Shown here one piece after another: positions 11,436 to 21,672 of a DNA stretch of 64,000 bases; the first letter of the stretch is position 1, and each line of letters starts with the position of its first letter. The notes beneath the pieces are model-generated. The model was not told where the DNA came from. It ran no database searches and saw only the letters and a program-made list of their open reading frames with translations. The stretch is from sequence record LR756502.1; one strand, given 5' to 3'. Both the position numbers and the translations under genes were made by a program.

Positions 11436-11657
11436 ATGAAATATCTAAGAAAATTTAATGAGAGAAGAGAAGAAGAAGATGAAGAATATGTTGTTCCTGA
11501 TAAAGGACCAAATAGTCAAGATGTTAGTCACTGGGAAGTAGTTAGAAAAGATGGATATACATACTTAAAAGTATCAACCGATGACGATACCTATTATACA
11601 AAGATGATAAATCAGGAAAAATTTGATAGACCTAGATATGATTCCGGTGAGCAGTAA
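11436..11657 (+). CDS. Small protein with N-terminal capsid-targeting-like peptide
   Basis: MKYLRKFNE; TAATATATA at 11423. Confidence 0.7.
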   Translation: MKYLRKFNERREEEDEEYVVPDKGPNSQDVSHWEVVRKDGYTYLKVSTDDDTYYTKMINQEKFDRPRYDSGEQ

Positions 11658-11672
11658 ACTATTAATAAGACT

Positions 11673-12628
11673 ATGAAATTCATAAAGCTATTTGAATCAT
11701 TTAATAAGAAGGGTATTAAGGAGACATGTGAAGATATTTTACTTGAGCTACGAGATGTTGGATTTGAATCCGTTGTTTATACAGATGTAATTGATTTTGA
11801 TCAAAAAATTATTCCTAATGCAATTGCTGTATCTATTGGATATGAAGCAACTCCATTTAATTATGATGATATAAAAGAAGTAGTGAATAGACTATTTGAC
11901 TATCTAGAAAATGAAGGATACTCTCTACAATATACCCAATAAGAGCATCAGCAAAGAGACTTGTTTATCCTGTTGGTGATATACAGAAACTTGATGGTAG
12001 AGAGATATTGGGTATATACTTTATATTTAATAAAACTGAAGGTATAAATGAAGAGTGGTCTAAAAATGATCCAATCCCTGAACTTAATAAGAAGGATAAG
12101 CTGGGTATAATATTGCTTGGTGCTCCTGGTATAGGTAAGAGTACATTTGTTGATAATTTTATTATACCAAGAAATATGAGTATAAAGAAGTTTTCTACTG
12201 ATGATGTATCTCTTAAATTCTCAAAGAATCCAAATATATATCATCAATCATCATCCGATATAAATATTAATAGACTTAGAAGATTTATTTCAAGCGGTCA
12301 ATCATTTATATATGATACTACCGGTACACAAGAAAATAATATTATAGATATAAATACTATTGCAAAGGACAATGGATATACTATAATATTTATACATTTA
12401 ATTGGTCCACTTGATGTTGCTATAAAACAAAACTTGGGTAGAGAAAGAAATGTACCAGAGGATTATATAAGACTTGCTTATGATAAGCAGTTTGGTAATA
12501 TGAGTAAGTATTCAAGTGAATTAAATCCAAATGCCTATTACATTGTTCAGAATAAGGATGGTAAGTACAAATTTAGTAAGTATGAATCAGGTAATATTCT
12601 TAAAAGAAAGGTTAGTAGATATATCTAA
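11673..12628 (+). pseudogene. Frameshifted gene: tag + paralogous domain (11673..11942) fused to a P-loop kinase (AAA_33/zeta-toxin-like, 12008..12628)
   Basis: Downstream frame is open from 11915. Adding one C at 11935-11937 gives QYTPIRASAKRLVYP...IYFIFNKTEGINEE, continuous into GAPGIGKST. Confidence 0.65.
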
Positions 12629-13146
12629 CAGAACTCAACACATCCATTATTCGATGCTATTTTAAAAGCTTTCAAGAAGTCTTCATATAAACTAAACCAA
12701 TCATTAGCTTTATGAGATATTGAGTATTCTTTAGCCATATCCTTATATAACAAGAAGTTTTGGTATAATTTATAGGACATTTCTGGACCTATAATACCCT
12801 CGCAATCTGAGAAACATATTAGTTCAATGAATGGTTCTGTTGATGTCTTATGATCAAGTATATTATTTATAGCTAAATCCCTTGTAGTGCTCTCAAATAA
12901 AATATCTAATGCAGGATACCCCATCATCTCACATAAAATTGATCTCCATCTACTATAACTTGAATAAGAACCAGCTCTAAATATAAAATATTCACCATTG
13001 TGTGTGTAATACCCATTGAGTCCAGATGATTGATTAAATAGGATATCATTTGGTAATAAGTTTACACAGTTGTGAATGTTGTAACACTCTTCTGTTTGTA
13101 TCTTACACTTTTCAAGTCCATTAAATGCTCTTATGTCTAATCCCAT
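12625..13146 (-). CDS. Hypothetical protein with internal RDLAINNIL motif
   Basis: FRAGSYSSYSRWR and FSDCEGIIGP blocks. Confidence 0.7.
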   Translation of the reverse strand: MGLDIRAFNGLEKCKIQTEECYNIHNCVNLLPNDILFNQSSGLNGYYTHNGEYFIFRAGSYSSYSRWRSILCEMMGYPALDILFESTTRDLAINNILDHKTSTEPFIELICFSDCEGIIGPEMSYKLYQNFLLYKDMAKEYSISHKANDWFSLYEDFLKAFKIASNNGCVEFC

Positions 13147-13255
13147 GTAGTATTTTATTAATTTTCCTTCTTCTCTTGACCGCCCTTCTTTCCCCAGCCA
13201 ATTTCCTTCGGATATACTTAATATTATCAGACAAATGAATTTTGTCGTTAATCAT
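13121..13255 (-). CDS. 44-aa basic protein with RRRKINKIL motif (not in ORF track)
   Basis: MINDKIHLSDNIKYIRRKLAGERRAVKRRRKINKILHGIRHKSI*; start overlaps the upstream stop. Confidence 0.45.
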   Translation of the reverse strand: MINDKIHLSDNIKYIRRKLAGERRAVKRRRKINKILHGIRHKSI

Positions 13256-13592
13256 ATAAGTATTTTTCGTATTTTTCTTCATCTGATAGATCTATCTCCA
13301 TTGTTACATTTTTACTTGGAGTAGTAAATGATACCTTTATTGTTGTCATATAATCAGAGTCTATGTTATCAAGTACTTTAGCAAGCATTATCTCTCTTTC
13401 TTCATCTTTATCAACTTCTATGCCAAAATCTATAGATAAGTTTACCTTCCACGGTAGTCTTCTTTTTATAAATGTATTAACTGATAGTGTGTATATGCCT
13501 TTTTGTCTAACCCTGCCTTTGAAGGTAAATAGTGCAAATATTATAACTCTTGTTATGTATTGGTGGTTTACTTCTGATATATCTAGTTTCAT
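13248..13592 (-). CDS. Hypothetical protein
   Basis: Operon position. Confidence 0.6.
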   Translation of the reverse strand: MKLDISEVNHQYITRVIIFALFTFKGRVRQKGIYTLSVNTFIKRRLPWKVNLSIDFGIEVDKDEEREIMLAKVLDNIDSDYMTTIKVSFTTPSKNVTMEIDLSDEEKYEKYLYD

Positions 13593-13600
13593 AAGATATA

Positions 13601-13807
13601 TTACTTGAGTATGTTGTTAATCTTATCTTCTCTTTCTTCTAGTCTTTTGTATTCATCCATTGTTAGTAGATCATTATCCGAGAATGTGTCTTGATTAACC
13701 TTATCTGTTACCCATATACACTCATGTTTTTCATTTACTGAGTTAAATATAGTCATTCTATTACCACCTGTATGCTTTATAACAATATCACCTGGTTTAA
13801 ATCTCAT
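13601..13807 (-). CDS. YodC/DUF2158-like small SH3-fold protein with C-terminal REDKINNIL tag
   Basis: FKPGDIVIKHTGGNRMTI...CIWV. Confidence 0.6.
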   Translation of the reverse strand: MRFKPGDIVIKHTGGNRMTIFNSVNEKHECIWVTDKVNQDTFSDNDLLTMDEYKRLEEREDKINNILK

Positions 13808-13853
13808 AGATAAGATATTTTTCTTATACCTATCTATTAATTTTTACAAAGTC

Positions 13854-14252
13854 CTAATCAACTATTTTTGATATCTTTTGATCTCTTATATAAATAGTAT
13901 CTTTATCAAATTCCTTTTTCAATATAAGATACCTATTATACCTATCTTCCTTTAACTTTTCTTCTAGACCACTATCTAAGTATCTCTGTATCTTTTCTGG
14001 TAGAAGTGATATTATACCAATATCAAGAGCAACCTCATCATCATGTATGATGTACCAACCATCAAAGACATCTTGTTGTTCTCCATTAACTAATACATAT
14101 TTATATTCACTCGATTCACTATTACCCCAACAGTCGTGCCCATTGGATTCATATCTAGTTCTAATGAACTTTGATCCAATCGCTTTCTCAATTATAATTC
14201 TACTTCTTTCCTTTGATTCATTCTTTTTAAATTCTCTTCCTTTGCTAGCCAT
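13854..14252 (-). CDS. Hypothetical protein, C-terminal RDQKISKIV tag
   Basis: ORF track plus motif. Confidence 0.7.
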   Translation of the reverse strand: MASKGREFKKNESKERSRIIIEKAIGSKFIRTRYESNGHDCWGNSESSEYKYVLVNGEQQDVFDGWYIIHDDEVALDIGIISLLPEKIQRYLDSGLEEKLKEDRYNRYLILKKEFDKDTIYIRDQKISKIVD

Positions 14253-14262
14253 TTCAATTTAT

Positions 14263-14667
14263 TTAAATTTCTTCACACATAATAGATGATATTTTCAAAT
14301 CCCTAATAATAACACCTATATTATCTTCCGTAAATATAAAGCGTCGAACATCTGAATATGTAGCACTTTTTATTATAGGCTTATCATCCGCCATACAGGC
14401 CAATGCTAAATCTGTAGTTCCTTTTCCTTTAGTAGGATATAATACAAGTAAATCGTCCAATGCCTTTTCATCCACGAAGTATTCTATATCAGTTGCCCAT
14501 AATCCAAATTCATCAGAAACTATACGACATTTCCCTATTTTAGTGGTATCTCCACTTAGATTTTGTAATAGTATATCAGATATATCATTTTCTATTTTCA
14601 TACATCCTTTCAAGTATGTTCTACCACTTATCTTTGCTGACTCATCCCACTTAACTATTAATTTCAT
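14263..14667 (-). CDS. Hypothetical protein, C-terminal RDLKISSIM tag
   Basis: ORF track plus motif. Confidence 0.65.
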   Translation of the reverse strand: MKLIVKWDESAKISGRTYLKGCMKIENDISDILLQNLSGDTTKIGKCRIVSDEFGLWATDIEYFVDEKALDDLLVLYPTKGKGTTDLALACMADDKPIIKSATYSDVRRFIFTEDNIGVIIRDLKISSIMCEEI

Positions 14668-15539
14668 TATATTTTAAATGTTTCTTCTGATGAATCAGAC
14701 ATCAGAGATACTAATGGCTTTTTATTAGACTTCATTATTAGTAATTCAACTCCTTTTGTTTGTGATTTTCCGGACTTAGCCATTGATGCCTTAGCAAATT
14801 CCCTAGACTTCCACTCATACTTATCCTTTGGAAACCATTCAGATAGTTGTTTGAAGTCATAGTAGCTTAGCGAGAACTGACCATCAATGCCTTTAAGTGT
14901 CTTTGCTAATCTTTCATGAGTTTCAATACCGAAGTCATGATTTGCATAGTACTTCTCTGTCTTATAGTATGGTGGATCACAATAGAAATAAGACTTTTCT
15001 CCATCATATTTTGTTACAATGTCTCCAAAGTCCATACATTCCACATTGGTTATCTTATCAAAGTAATTTTGCCATTTCGGATCAGTTAATTTTCCTTTGA
15101 ATGAGTCAAATTTTGATTTGTATTTGCCTTTTAAGTCAATAAACTTGCCTTTAGCTGGATTAGTCCCAGACCAAACTTGACTAAGAATATATGCGTATTT
15201 GTATCCTGTCTCATAGTCTGGCTTTGTTAAGTCAACTCTGAAGTTTGGATGAAATATCTCTTTTTGGAATTCGTCAAATAATTCTTTCTTCTGTGAAGGT
15301 ATCTTTTCTATTACCTTATAGAAGTCTTTGTATTTTCTAACACAGTTTATTAAATTGACATTTAGTGGGTTGAAGTCATTGTATACAACACTTTTAAGAT
15401 TTGGATAGCTTTTAAGATCCATTTTGAAGAATGTCCAGAACATTCCACCAAAAGGTTCTACATATACTTCAATGTCTTTTGGTATATAGTTTTTTATAAA
15501 ACTTGATATCCGGCTCTTGCCTCCAATATAACTTAGCAT
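14667..15539 (-). CDS. DNA adenine methyltransferase (Dam/D12 class)
   Basis: YIGGKS, YVEPFGG, YNDFN and YCDPPY motifs; likely start MLSYIGG at 15539. Confidence 0.9.
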   Translation of the reverse strand: MLSYIGGKSRISSFIKNYIPKDIEVYVEPFGGMFWTFFKMDLKSYPNLKSVVYNDFNPLNVNLINCVRKYKDFYKVIEKIPSQKKELFDEFQKEIFHPNFRVDLTKPDYETGYKYAYILSQVWSGTNPAKGKFIDLKGKYKSKFDSFKGKLTDPKWQNYFDKITNVECMDFGDIVTKYDGEKSYFYCDPPYYKTEKYYANHDFGIETHERLAKTLKGIDGQFSLSYYDFKQLSEWFPKDKYEWKSREFAKASMAKSGKSQTKGVELLIMKSNKKPLVSLMSDSSEETFKI

Positions 15540-15604
15540 AATTATTAATTGTTTTTCTATTATATGATAAAAAAATAACAAAGTTGCTTTTAATATATAC
15601 TTTT

Positions 15605-16009
15605 ATGAAACATATTAGATCAGTTAATGAGTTTTTTGACTTCCTAAGAGGCGATGATGAGCAAGATAAAATATCTTTAGAGTTTATTAAAAGACTTGAA
15701 AAGGTTAAGGATGAGAACCCATATGAGATAAATAAACTGAAAGGTGATAATATTCCTGAGTATATTTCTAAACATTATGACGATGTATATGAAGTTATAT
15801 TTGATGATGTTATATTAGTATCAACAAGGTGTATTGGTCATACTTTGTTTTTTTACTGTCTATACATTGATTCTGAGGAAGTTGATTGTAAAAAAAGATA
15901 TTCCGAAAAAATATTTAACCTAGTAGAAAGGATACATAAGTCTAATGTTAAAAGAATAAAATTAGATAAACTAAGATCTAATATAAATCCAGCAGCCGAT
16001 AGACTATGA
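15605..16009 (+). CDS. Tagged protein, NPAADxL family paralog 1
   Basis: MKHIRSVNEFF...NINPAADRL; TAATATATA at 15591. Confidence 0.75.
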   Translation: MKHIRSVNEFFDFLRGDDEQDKISLEFIKRLEKVKDENPYEINKLKGDNIPEYISKHYDDVYEVIFDDVILVSTRCIGHTLFFYCLYIDSEEVDCKKRYSEKIFNLVERIHKSNVKRIKLDKLRSNINPAADRL

Positions 16010-16464
16010 AACATATTAAATCAGTAAATGAATTCTTTAATTTCTTCAAAAAAGATGAAGAAGATGAGTTAGCTTTGGAGTTCATTAAAAGGATAAAGAA
16101 GGTTAAGGGAATATGTCCGTATGAGATAAGTAAGCTAACTCCAGAAGATGTACTATCACACTACAATACAAACGATTTAACGAATAATCAAGTTGACTAT
16201 GTTAGAAAATATAGTCAGTCATATAAAATAGTATTTGATGATGTTGTGTTAGTAACAACATTGATAGCTAGGAAGAGTGGTGGATTAGCGGGATTAGAGG
16301 AGGATATTTACTTTCTCAGAATAGATGGTGAGAAGATTAATTGTAGAGAGAGCTATAGAAAAAAAATATTTGAACTTACAAAGTCAATATTTGCTAATAC
16401 ACAAAGACTTAAGATAGTTAGTAAGGTTAGATCTAATATGAATACAGCAGCAGACTTATTATGA
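16006..16464 (+). CDS. Tagged protein, NPAADxL family paralog 2
   Basis: MKHIKSVNEFF...NMNTAADLL. Confidence 0.75.
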   Translation: MKHIKSVNEFFNFFKKDEEDELALEFIKRIKKVKGICPYEISKLTPEDVLSHYNTNDLTNNQVDYVRKYSQSYKIVFDDVVLVTTLIARKSGGLAGLEEDIYFLRIDGEKINCRESYRKKIFELTKSIFANTQRLKIVSKVRSNMNTAADLL

Positions 16465-16871
16465 AATACTTAAAAAAATTTGAGGGTTATGACAAATCAC
16501 TTGTTGAAAGATTTGGTATGTCAGATATAGTAGAGTATATCTTTGATATATGTCGTGATTTAGAAGATGATGGGTTTGTGGTTACTATTGGTGGGTTTTC
16601 TATGTATGATGCGGATGGGAAACTTAAATATCTTACAACCCATCGACCCGGAGGTGATCCAGTAAAAAAATTCTTTATGATTATATACAAGTTCAATTAT
16701 GGTGTTGGTGACTTTGTAGTTAACAAAGAATTAACATCTACTTTAAGAAGATTAAGAGATTATATGGATTCAGTTGGGTATTCAACTAACTTGGATTACC
16801 CTGACGGTAATCTGAATCTGGGAACAAAAGATGTGGGAACTAGTCAGATGGTTCATTTTATTAGGAAGTGA
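16461..16871 (+). CDS. Tagged protein, DLxDxG(F/Y)...RLxxY family
   Basis: MKYLKKFE; DICRDLEDDGF...RRLRDYMDSVGY. Confidence 0.7.
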   Translation: MKYLKKFEGYDKSLVERFGMSDIVEYIFDICRDLEDDGFVVTIGGFSMYDADGKLKYLTTHRPGGDPVKKFFMIIYKFNYGVGDFVVNKELTSTLRRLRDYMDSVGYSTNLDYPDGNLNLGTKDVGTSQMVHFIRK

Positions 16872-16933
16872 TTAACTGAGTCTATTAGCTAGTGAATTAC
16901 TAGCTATCGACACTGTTAGATCCACTGCCTTAC

Positions 16934-17113
16934 TCAACACCTTAGTAACTTTTGTATAATACGAAACACCTTGAATCCTATATTTGGAGTCCTTTCAGCA
17001 AACCTTGATAGGTTTGTCTCAGCCTCTTTCTTACTATTAAAGTGTGAAGTTCTATCAACGAAAAATTTTGTTTCGTCTTTGGCGTAATATGCTTGTTGTA
17101 AAAATAATGGCAT
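16934..17113 (-). CDS. 59-aa hypothetical protein (not in ORF track)
   Basis: MPLFLQQAYYAKDETKFFVDRTSHF...LRC*, starting 2 nt after the upstream stop. Confidence 0.5.
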   Translation of the reverse strand: MPLFLQQAYYAKDETKFFVDRTSHFNSKKEAETNLSRFAERTPNIGFKVFRIIQKLLRC

Positions 17114-17115
17114 AT

Positions 17116-17706
17116 TTATTTGGATTGTGATTGTCTTAATAACTTTATTCTATCTCTTAAACCAGCGGCAATTTCATACTCTTCATTCTGCTCAGCCTCT
17201 TTCATAAGTTGTTCCAAGTCTTCGATAGATACAACCTTTTTAGGCTCTTCGTATTTAACTGGTAATGTATCCTCTTCTTCAAGAGTAAGACCATTATCAT
17301 CCATAAGAATACCTGATGATCTTATTACTGACTCAGATACATAGATAGGACAATCAAATGTTATAGATAATGCTATACCATCACCAGCAGTACACTCAAT
17401 ACCAGATTCATCAATTCCATTAGATGCAACTAACCTTGTGTAAAATATACCCTCAGCAACATTATGTATGAAAACCTCTTGAACATCGATTCCAAAAGAT
17501 TCTGATAAACTCTTGAATAAATCATGTGTTAATGGTCTTGGTGATTTCATTCCCTCTACTTTAAGAGCAATCACTTGAGCCTCAGCTGGCTTAATTATAA
17601 TTGGAAGCTTCCTTTTACCATTAACTTCAGATAAAACGATAACGTATGATCCAACTTGTGTTTGGCTATAAGATAGTCCTAGTACTTTTAATTCAATTTT
17701 CTTCAT
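17116..17706 (-). CDS. Bifunctional nuclease family (DUF151/BFN) protein with C-terminal UVR domain
   Basis: RKLPIIIKPAEAQVIAL, PRPLTHDL, DGIAL; EQNEEYEIAAGLRDRI. Confidence 0.9.
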   Translation of the reverse strand: MKKIELKVLGLSYSQTQVGSYVIVLSEVNGKRKLPIIIKPAEAQVIALKVEGMKSPRPLTHDLFKSLSESFGIDVQEVFIHNVAEGIFYTRLVASNGIDESGIECTAGDGIALSITFDCPIYVSESVIRSSGILMDDNGLTLEEEDTLPVKYEEPKKVVSIEDLEQLMKEAEQNEEYEIAAGLRDRIKLLRQSQSK

Positions 17707-17897
17707 TTAAATATTTTGTTTATTGTGAAATGTCTTTGATACTCATTATTACAAGCTTTATACTTAATTATCAATTCAAATAACTCTTTATTTGAACCTA
17801 TTCCAATTATTGTAAAGTCTGGAATACCATCTTTGTCTATAATAGATGGGTTATAATCCATCCTGATAAACTTATATTGATTATTTGTTTTTTGTTT

Positions 17898-18080
17898 TTA
17901 CTTATCAGAAAATTCTTTTATTAGATAACAAATATAGTGATCTTTTATGTCAATAAAAAATCTAACTAAAGGATCATCCGCAAATGGAACATTCCCAGGG
18001 AAATTTACCCTTACTCCCCTGCTCATAGAGTAGGTAATCCACCCCATCTTACTAATAAGATATTTGTTGATCTCAAACAT
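17898..18080 (-). CDS. Hypothetical protein
   Basis: Operon position. Confidence 0.45.
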   Translation of the reverse strand: MFEINKYLISKMGWITYSMSRGVRVNFPGNVPFADDPLVRFFIDIKDHYICYLIKEFSDK

Positions 18081-18081
18081 T

Positions 18082-18732
18082 CTAGTCGTGTAATAATAAA
18101 TCCGCCGCTGAAGTTGCGCCCCATGCTAGTGGTTTTGCATATACTCTAAATCCTAAACCCCTCAGCCACGGTACATAACTCTTATAAGCAACATAAGATT
18201 TGTTTTTAGAAACTCCCCTTTCGTTTATAGTGCCTTCAAACGGATTGAAGTCAACATGTAAGTCAACCAATTTGTGTTCCATTCTGTCCGCACCTGTTAA
18301 TGTTATATTAGCAACAACTGCTTCTTCTTGGTGTATAGGCACATGTGAGTATTCACCATTACATTTAGCAATATGGTATTTATATTTCTTTAGTTCTATA
18401 TCAGTTAAGTCTTCTCTAACATAGAATGATGATAACTCATCATTCATCCATGTTCCTATATCGTGAACATACTGAGCTTCTTTATGAAGTCTCTCATAGT
18501 TATCTCTTATCTTATTACAAGATTCTCTGTAGAATACAACATGAGCACCTCGGCGAATGTCTGTGTTATACATCATAACTGTTATGGCGTAGACAGTCTT
18601 TCTCCTCTTTTGTATGGAGTCGCATCCAACTGATATTGTAACATTTGGTTCTCTTTTTATATAATCTTTTAGATATTCAATTATATCTGGAATATAGTCT
18701 CCACCAAAAGTTTTAAACTTTGTCTTATACAT
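18082..18732 (-). CDS. Ribonuclease H-like YkuK (DUF458) family protein
   Basis: ISVGCDSIQ, RLHKEA, VDLHVDFN and AKPLAWGATSAAD motifs. Confidence 0.85.
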   Translation of the reverse strand: MYKTKFKTFGGDYIPDIIEYLKDYIKREPNVTISVGCDSIQKRRKTVYAITVMMYNTDIRRGAHVVFYRESCNKIRDNYERLHKEAQYVHDIGTWMNDELSSFYVREDLTDIELKKYKYHIAKCNGEYSHVPIHQEEAVVANITLTGADRMEHKLVDLHVDFNPFEGTINERGVSKNKSYVAYKSYVPWLRGLGFRVYAKPLAWGATSAADLLLHD

Positions 18733-18772
18733 TTTATATTATTTTTTTTATGTTCTTTAATTGTCGAAAAAT

Positions 18773-18994
18773 CTATTCCACAATATTCTTCTCGACCAAT
18801 AGTATTGATCCTTTAACTACTTCTGGAGGTAGTACTAGAAAGCTTCCATCTTCCAACGTCATTTCAAAGCCTGCCAAATAAAACTCTTTTGAGAGACTCA
18901 CGATGTTTGAATATTGTTCTAGGTTAACTGTTACTTTTTCACCTCGGAACTCACCAAAACCGTTTCTAATTACTAATTGAACAATAAGTTTCAT
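18773..18994 (-). CDS. Hypothetical protein
   Basis: Operon position. Confidence 0.6.
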   Translation of the reverse strand: MKLIVQLVIRNGFGEFRGEKVTVNLEQYSNIVSLSKEFYLAGFEMTLEDGSFLVLPPEVVKGSILLVEKNIVE

Positions 18995-19041
18995 CTGATA
19001 TATATTCAGAATGTCTCCTTTGTTTTACTTTTTCACGCAAA

Positions 19042-19074
19042 AAAAGGGGAATCTCCTCACAAGATTCCCCTTTT
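19042..19074 (-). terminator. Intrinsic terminator after AAA+ gene
   Basis: AAAAGGGGAATCT-cctcaca-AGATTCCCCTTTT. Confidence 0.85.
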
Positions 19075-19091
19075 CTTATCGTAGGTGCTAA

Positions 19092-20225
19092 TTACTTAGC
19101 CCCTGGCTTATTGATTTTTTTGATGGTTCTCAAAACATCCTCAAAGCCTAAGAGGAAATCTTTAACCTTTTTACCACCAACATCAGGTACATTGTCAAGA
19201 ACGAATAGTAAATAAGCGGTCAACTCATCTTCTCCAACATTCTTTAAGAACTTAGTGACGTTACCAAGTTGCTTTTCAGTTAAGGTACTGATGCTGATTT
19301 CTTTAAGACTCTGAATTAACTCGGAGTTCTTATCTCGGTTATACTTCGCAAGGTCCTTTTTAACTCCGTCATAGTTATCAAGAACGTCTTGGATTGAGAT
19401 ATTCAACATGTCTTGACAATATTGAACAAATTTCATTGCTGAATTACCAACGTAGAATGACGCTACTTCTTGTAAAGTTGGTAGGAAGTCACGAGGGGAC
19501 GCATCTTTACCAAAGTTACTCACGATGAAGTCAGACATAAATGTCCAAGAACGTGGAGTTGCGTATGCTTTTGAGTTATCACTCGTTTTGTAAAGTTGCT
19601 CAGGGTGAGCCACGATATACGATGTGATAAGTTTGTGTACGTTTTCTTTCGCGAATCCATCAATCCACTCTTGTACGGCCAATACGTGAGGGAAGTGAAT
19701 TAAACGGTTATTCAACGCTGAATCAAACTCTTCTACATCAGCTCCATCTTCGTCACCTAAGTTACCAGATGACATCATCAACACGTTGTCGTTGAATTTG
19801 AAGTTGATACCAATACAACGCTCAAGTAACAACTGAAGAGCCGCGTTACGAACTTGCTGAGACGCACGATTCAACTCCTCGAAGTGAATGATTGTTGGTT
19901 GGTTGTTTGCTTCAATTGCCCAGCGAGGTACAACGAAGTCAAGACATTTTACGGAGTTACCATCCGACATTACTTCGGAGATACTTGGGTACAATCCTAC
20001 GTCAGTTTCGTCAACCATTGACAGACGTAAGTCCATATAACGGAAGCCCATTTTAGACGCGATTGAACGAGCAATAGCTGATTTAGCCACACCCGGTTTA
20101 GCTGTGATGTATAATACACCTGACTTAGCCCACATAACGGAGAAATATTGTCTCTCACGTTTTGTTAAGAGGTTCATTTTTTCCTTGAAAGCCTCTGGAA
20201 TTTGATTTGTTTTGTCTGTTGTCAT
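19092..20225 (-). CDS. MoxR-like AAA+ ATPase
   Basis: Walker A-like AKPGVAKS, Walker B IIHFEELNR, DSALNNRLIH, ATPRSW. Confidence 0.85.
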   Translation of the reverse strand: MTTDKTNQIPEAFKEKMNLLTKRERQYFSVMWAKSGVLYITAKPGVAKSAIARSIASKMGFRYMDLRLSMVDETDVGLYPSISEVMSDGNSVKCLDFVVPRWAIEANNQPTIIHFEELNRASQQVRNAALQLLLERCIGINFKFNDNVLMMSSGNLGDEDGADVEEFDSALNNRLIHFPHVLAVQEWIDGFAKENVHKLITSYIVAHPEQLYKTSDNSKAYATPRSWTFMSDFIVSNFGKDASPRDFLPTLQEVASFYVGNSAMKFVQYCQDMLNISIQDVLDNYDGVKKDLAKYNRDKNSELIQSLKEISISTLTEKQLGNVTKFLKNVGEDELTAYLLFVLDNVPDVGGKKVKDFLLGFEDVLRTIKKINKPGAK

Positions 20226-20309
20226 ATCAGATTTATAATTTATAATTTATTTAGTGATTTCTTTTACAAAGATACGGATAAATATTTATCCAATCCAAAT
20301 TTATTTTTA

Positions 20310-20894
20310 TTAAAATGAAAATTTCTCAAAGTGTTCTGTAAAACTACCAGCTTTTGAAGTTGGATCAGTTCCAAAAGAAACTTTCCTTTTTAATGTGCCT
20401 AGTCCACTATCTATATAAACCCAGTAGATAGGAGTCATATTATTTATTCTTTCCAAAATAATATTAAGAGATTCAGATGGATTTACATCTTTAAATCTAG
20501 ATAGATTAGCTTCTCGAACATCATCCTCTTTAACATAATAATTTTGGTCTGCTTTGATTCCATAAAGTGGAAAATCCTTAATACACTTATAAAGTGTTAG
20601 ATCCCCACTGTCAATATCCTTATTGCAATCAGCATCAACATCAATCGACATTTGTTCTTTAAGAAACTCTAGCTCTTGTCGGTATTCACTTAATGCTTCT
20701 TTTACAAGAGGATCAAGTACGTTAAGATTATCAATACCCTTCATTAAAATATCCTCCATTTGCTCTGGAGATGCTTTCTCCATATCAATTTCAAACTGTT
20801 CTAATGTATATGTTGAATCTAATCCAAATTCCAAATCAAATAAGTTATTCAGATTCTTCAAATCATCCAATTTTTCTTGTCTAGTCTTTTCCAT
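20310..20894 (-). CDS. Hypothetical protein; RQEKLDDL motif at N-terminus
   Basis: ORF track. Confidence 0.65.
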   Translation of the reverse strand: MEKTRQEKLDDLKNLNNLFDLEFGLDSTYTLEQFEIDMEKASPEQMEDILMKGIDNLNVLDPLVKEALSEYRQELEFLKEQMSIDVDADCNKDIDSGDLTLYKCIKDFPLYGIKADQNYYVKEDDVREANLSRFKDVNPSESLNIILERINNMTPIYWVYIDSGLGTLKRKVSFGTDPTSKAGSFTEHFEKFSF

Positions 20895-20908
20895 TTTATT
20901 TTTTAATT

Positions 20909-21177
20909 TTATTTTTTAATATTCGCTTTCATTCTAGAAACACGAGTTTTAATAGTAATGTATGTATCATCTGCTTCAATAACCTCAGCCTCACTACTAA
21001 TCTCACCACTAATATATACTTTATCACCAACCTTTATTAAACTTGAATTTTTAGCTTGTTTCCTCATAAGGAGTAAACATAGAAAAGTCATTAGAAATGA
21101 GAATCCTACTATACCTATTGCAACATATGCAGGGCTAGTATCTCGATACTCTAGGAAAGAAAAGAATCAAAATTCAT
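20909..21177 (-). pseudogene. Membrane protein with KOW/SH3-like C-terminus and an apparent 1-nt frameshift near 21154
   Basis: ATG at 21177 follows a sigma-A promoter. One extra T gives MNFDSFLFLEYRDTSPAYVAIGIVGFSFLMTFLCLLL..., continuous with 20909..21091. Confidence 0.55.
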
Positions 21178-21302
21178 AGTTGTTTGTTTTTGTTGATACA
21201 AATATACGTACTTATTTTGAATCTGCAAACAATTTCAAGATTATTTTTGTTAAAATGTGTAACTAATTGAAAGCCACGCAAAAAAGTAAAAAATAAACTG
21301 AT

Positions 21303-21370
21303 ACATAACAGCACCTAAATCGCAAATTTTGTGAAGAACAAAATCAGCGTTTAGCTGCGAACAGTTATGC
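21303..21370 (+). repeat. attC-like site 1
   Basis: R'' ACATAAC, arms GCACCTAAA/TTTAGCTGC and ATTTTGT/ACAAAAT, R' GTTATGC. Confidence 0.75.
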
Positions 21371-21433
21371 GCCATCTATCGTTTGGTTTCTATAATGGGT
21401 TGGTATGGGTAGTATTTGCATACATACAAAGTA
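21364..21433 (+). repeat. 70-bp ORF-less mini-cassette, copy 1 (copy 2 at 21759-21828, 68/70 identical)
   Basis: GTTATGCGCCAT...ACAAAGTA, followed each time by a new GTT; internal TTGGTATG/CATACAA arm with an extra G. Confidence 0.85.
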
Positions 21434-21446
21434 GTTACCTGCAAGG

Positions 21447-21632
21447 CTACTGAACATCCTTAACCAGACGTTTATCAATTAACCATTGCTTGTATTCTTG
21501 AAGTACATAAGGTAAATTCATTGTGCTTTTACCGTTTTTGCTTTCATAAATAAATTGACCGTGTTCGTTTTTTTCACAATCAATTTCTTTGCAAAATTCA
21601 ATCTCGTTTTTTACTAATTCTTGAATATCCAT
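21447..21632 (-). CDS. Cassette-borne hypothetical protein (61 aa)
   Basis: Lies between core GTTACCTGC (21434) and R'' GCAGGTAAC (21671). Confidence 0.7.
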   Translation of the reverse strand: MDIQELVKNEIEFCKEIDCEKNEHGQFIYESKNGKSTMNLPYVLQEYKQWLIDKRLVKDVQ

Positions 21633-21672
21633 TTCGTTATTTATTTAAGTTCCTACTGATAAACCGCCCAGC

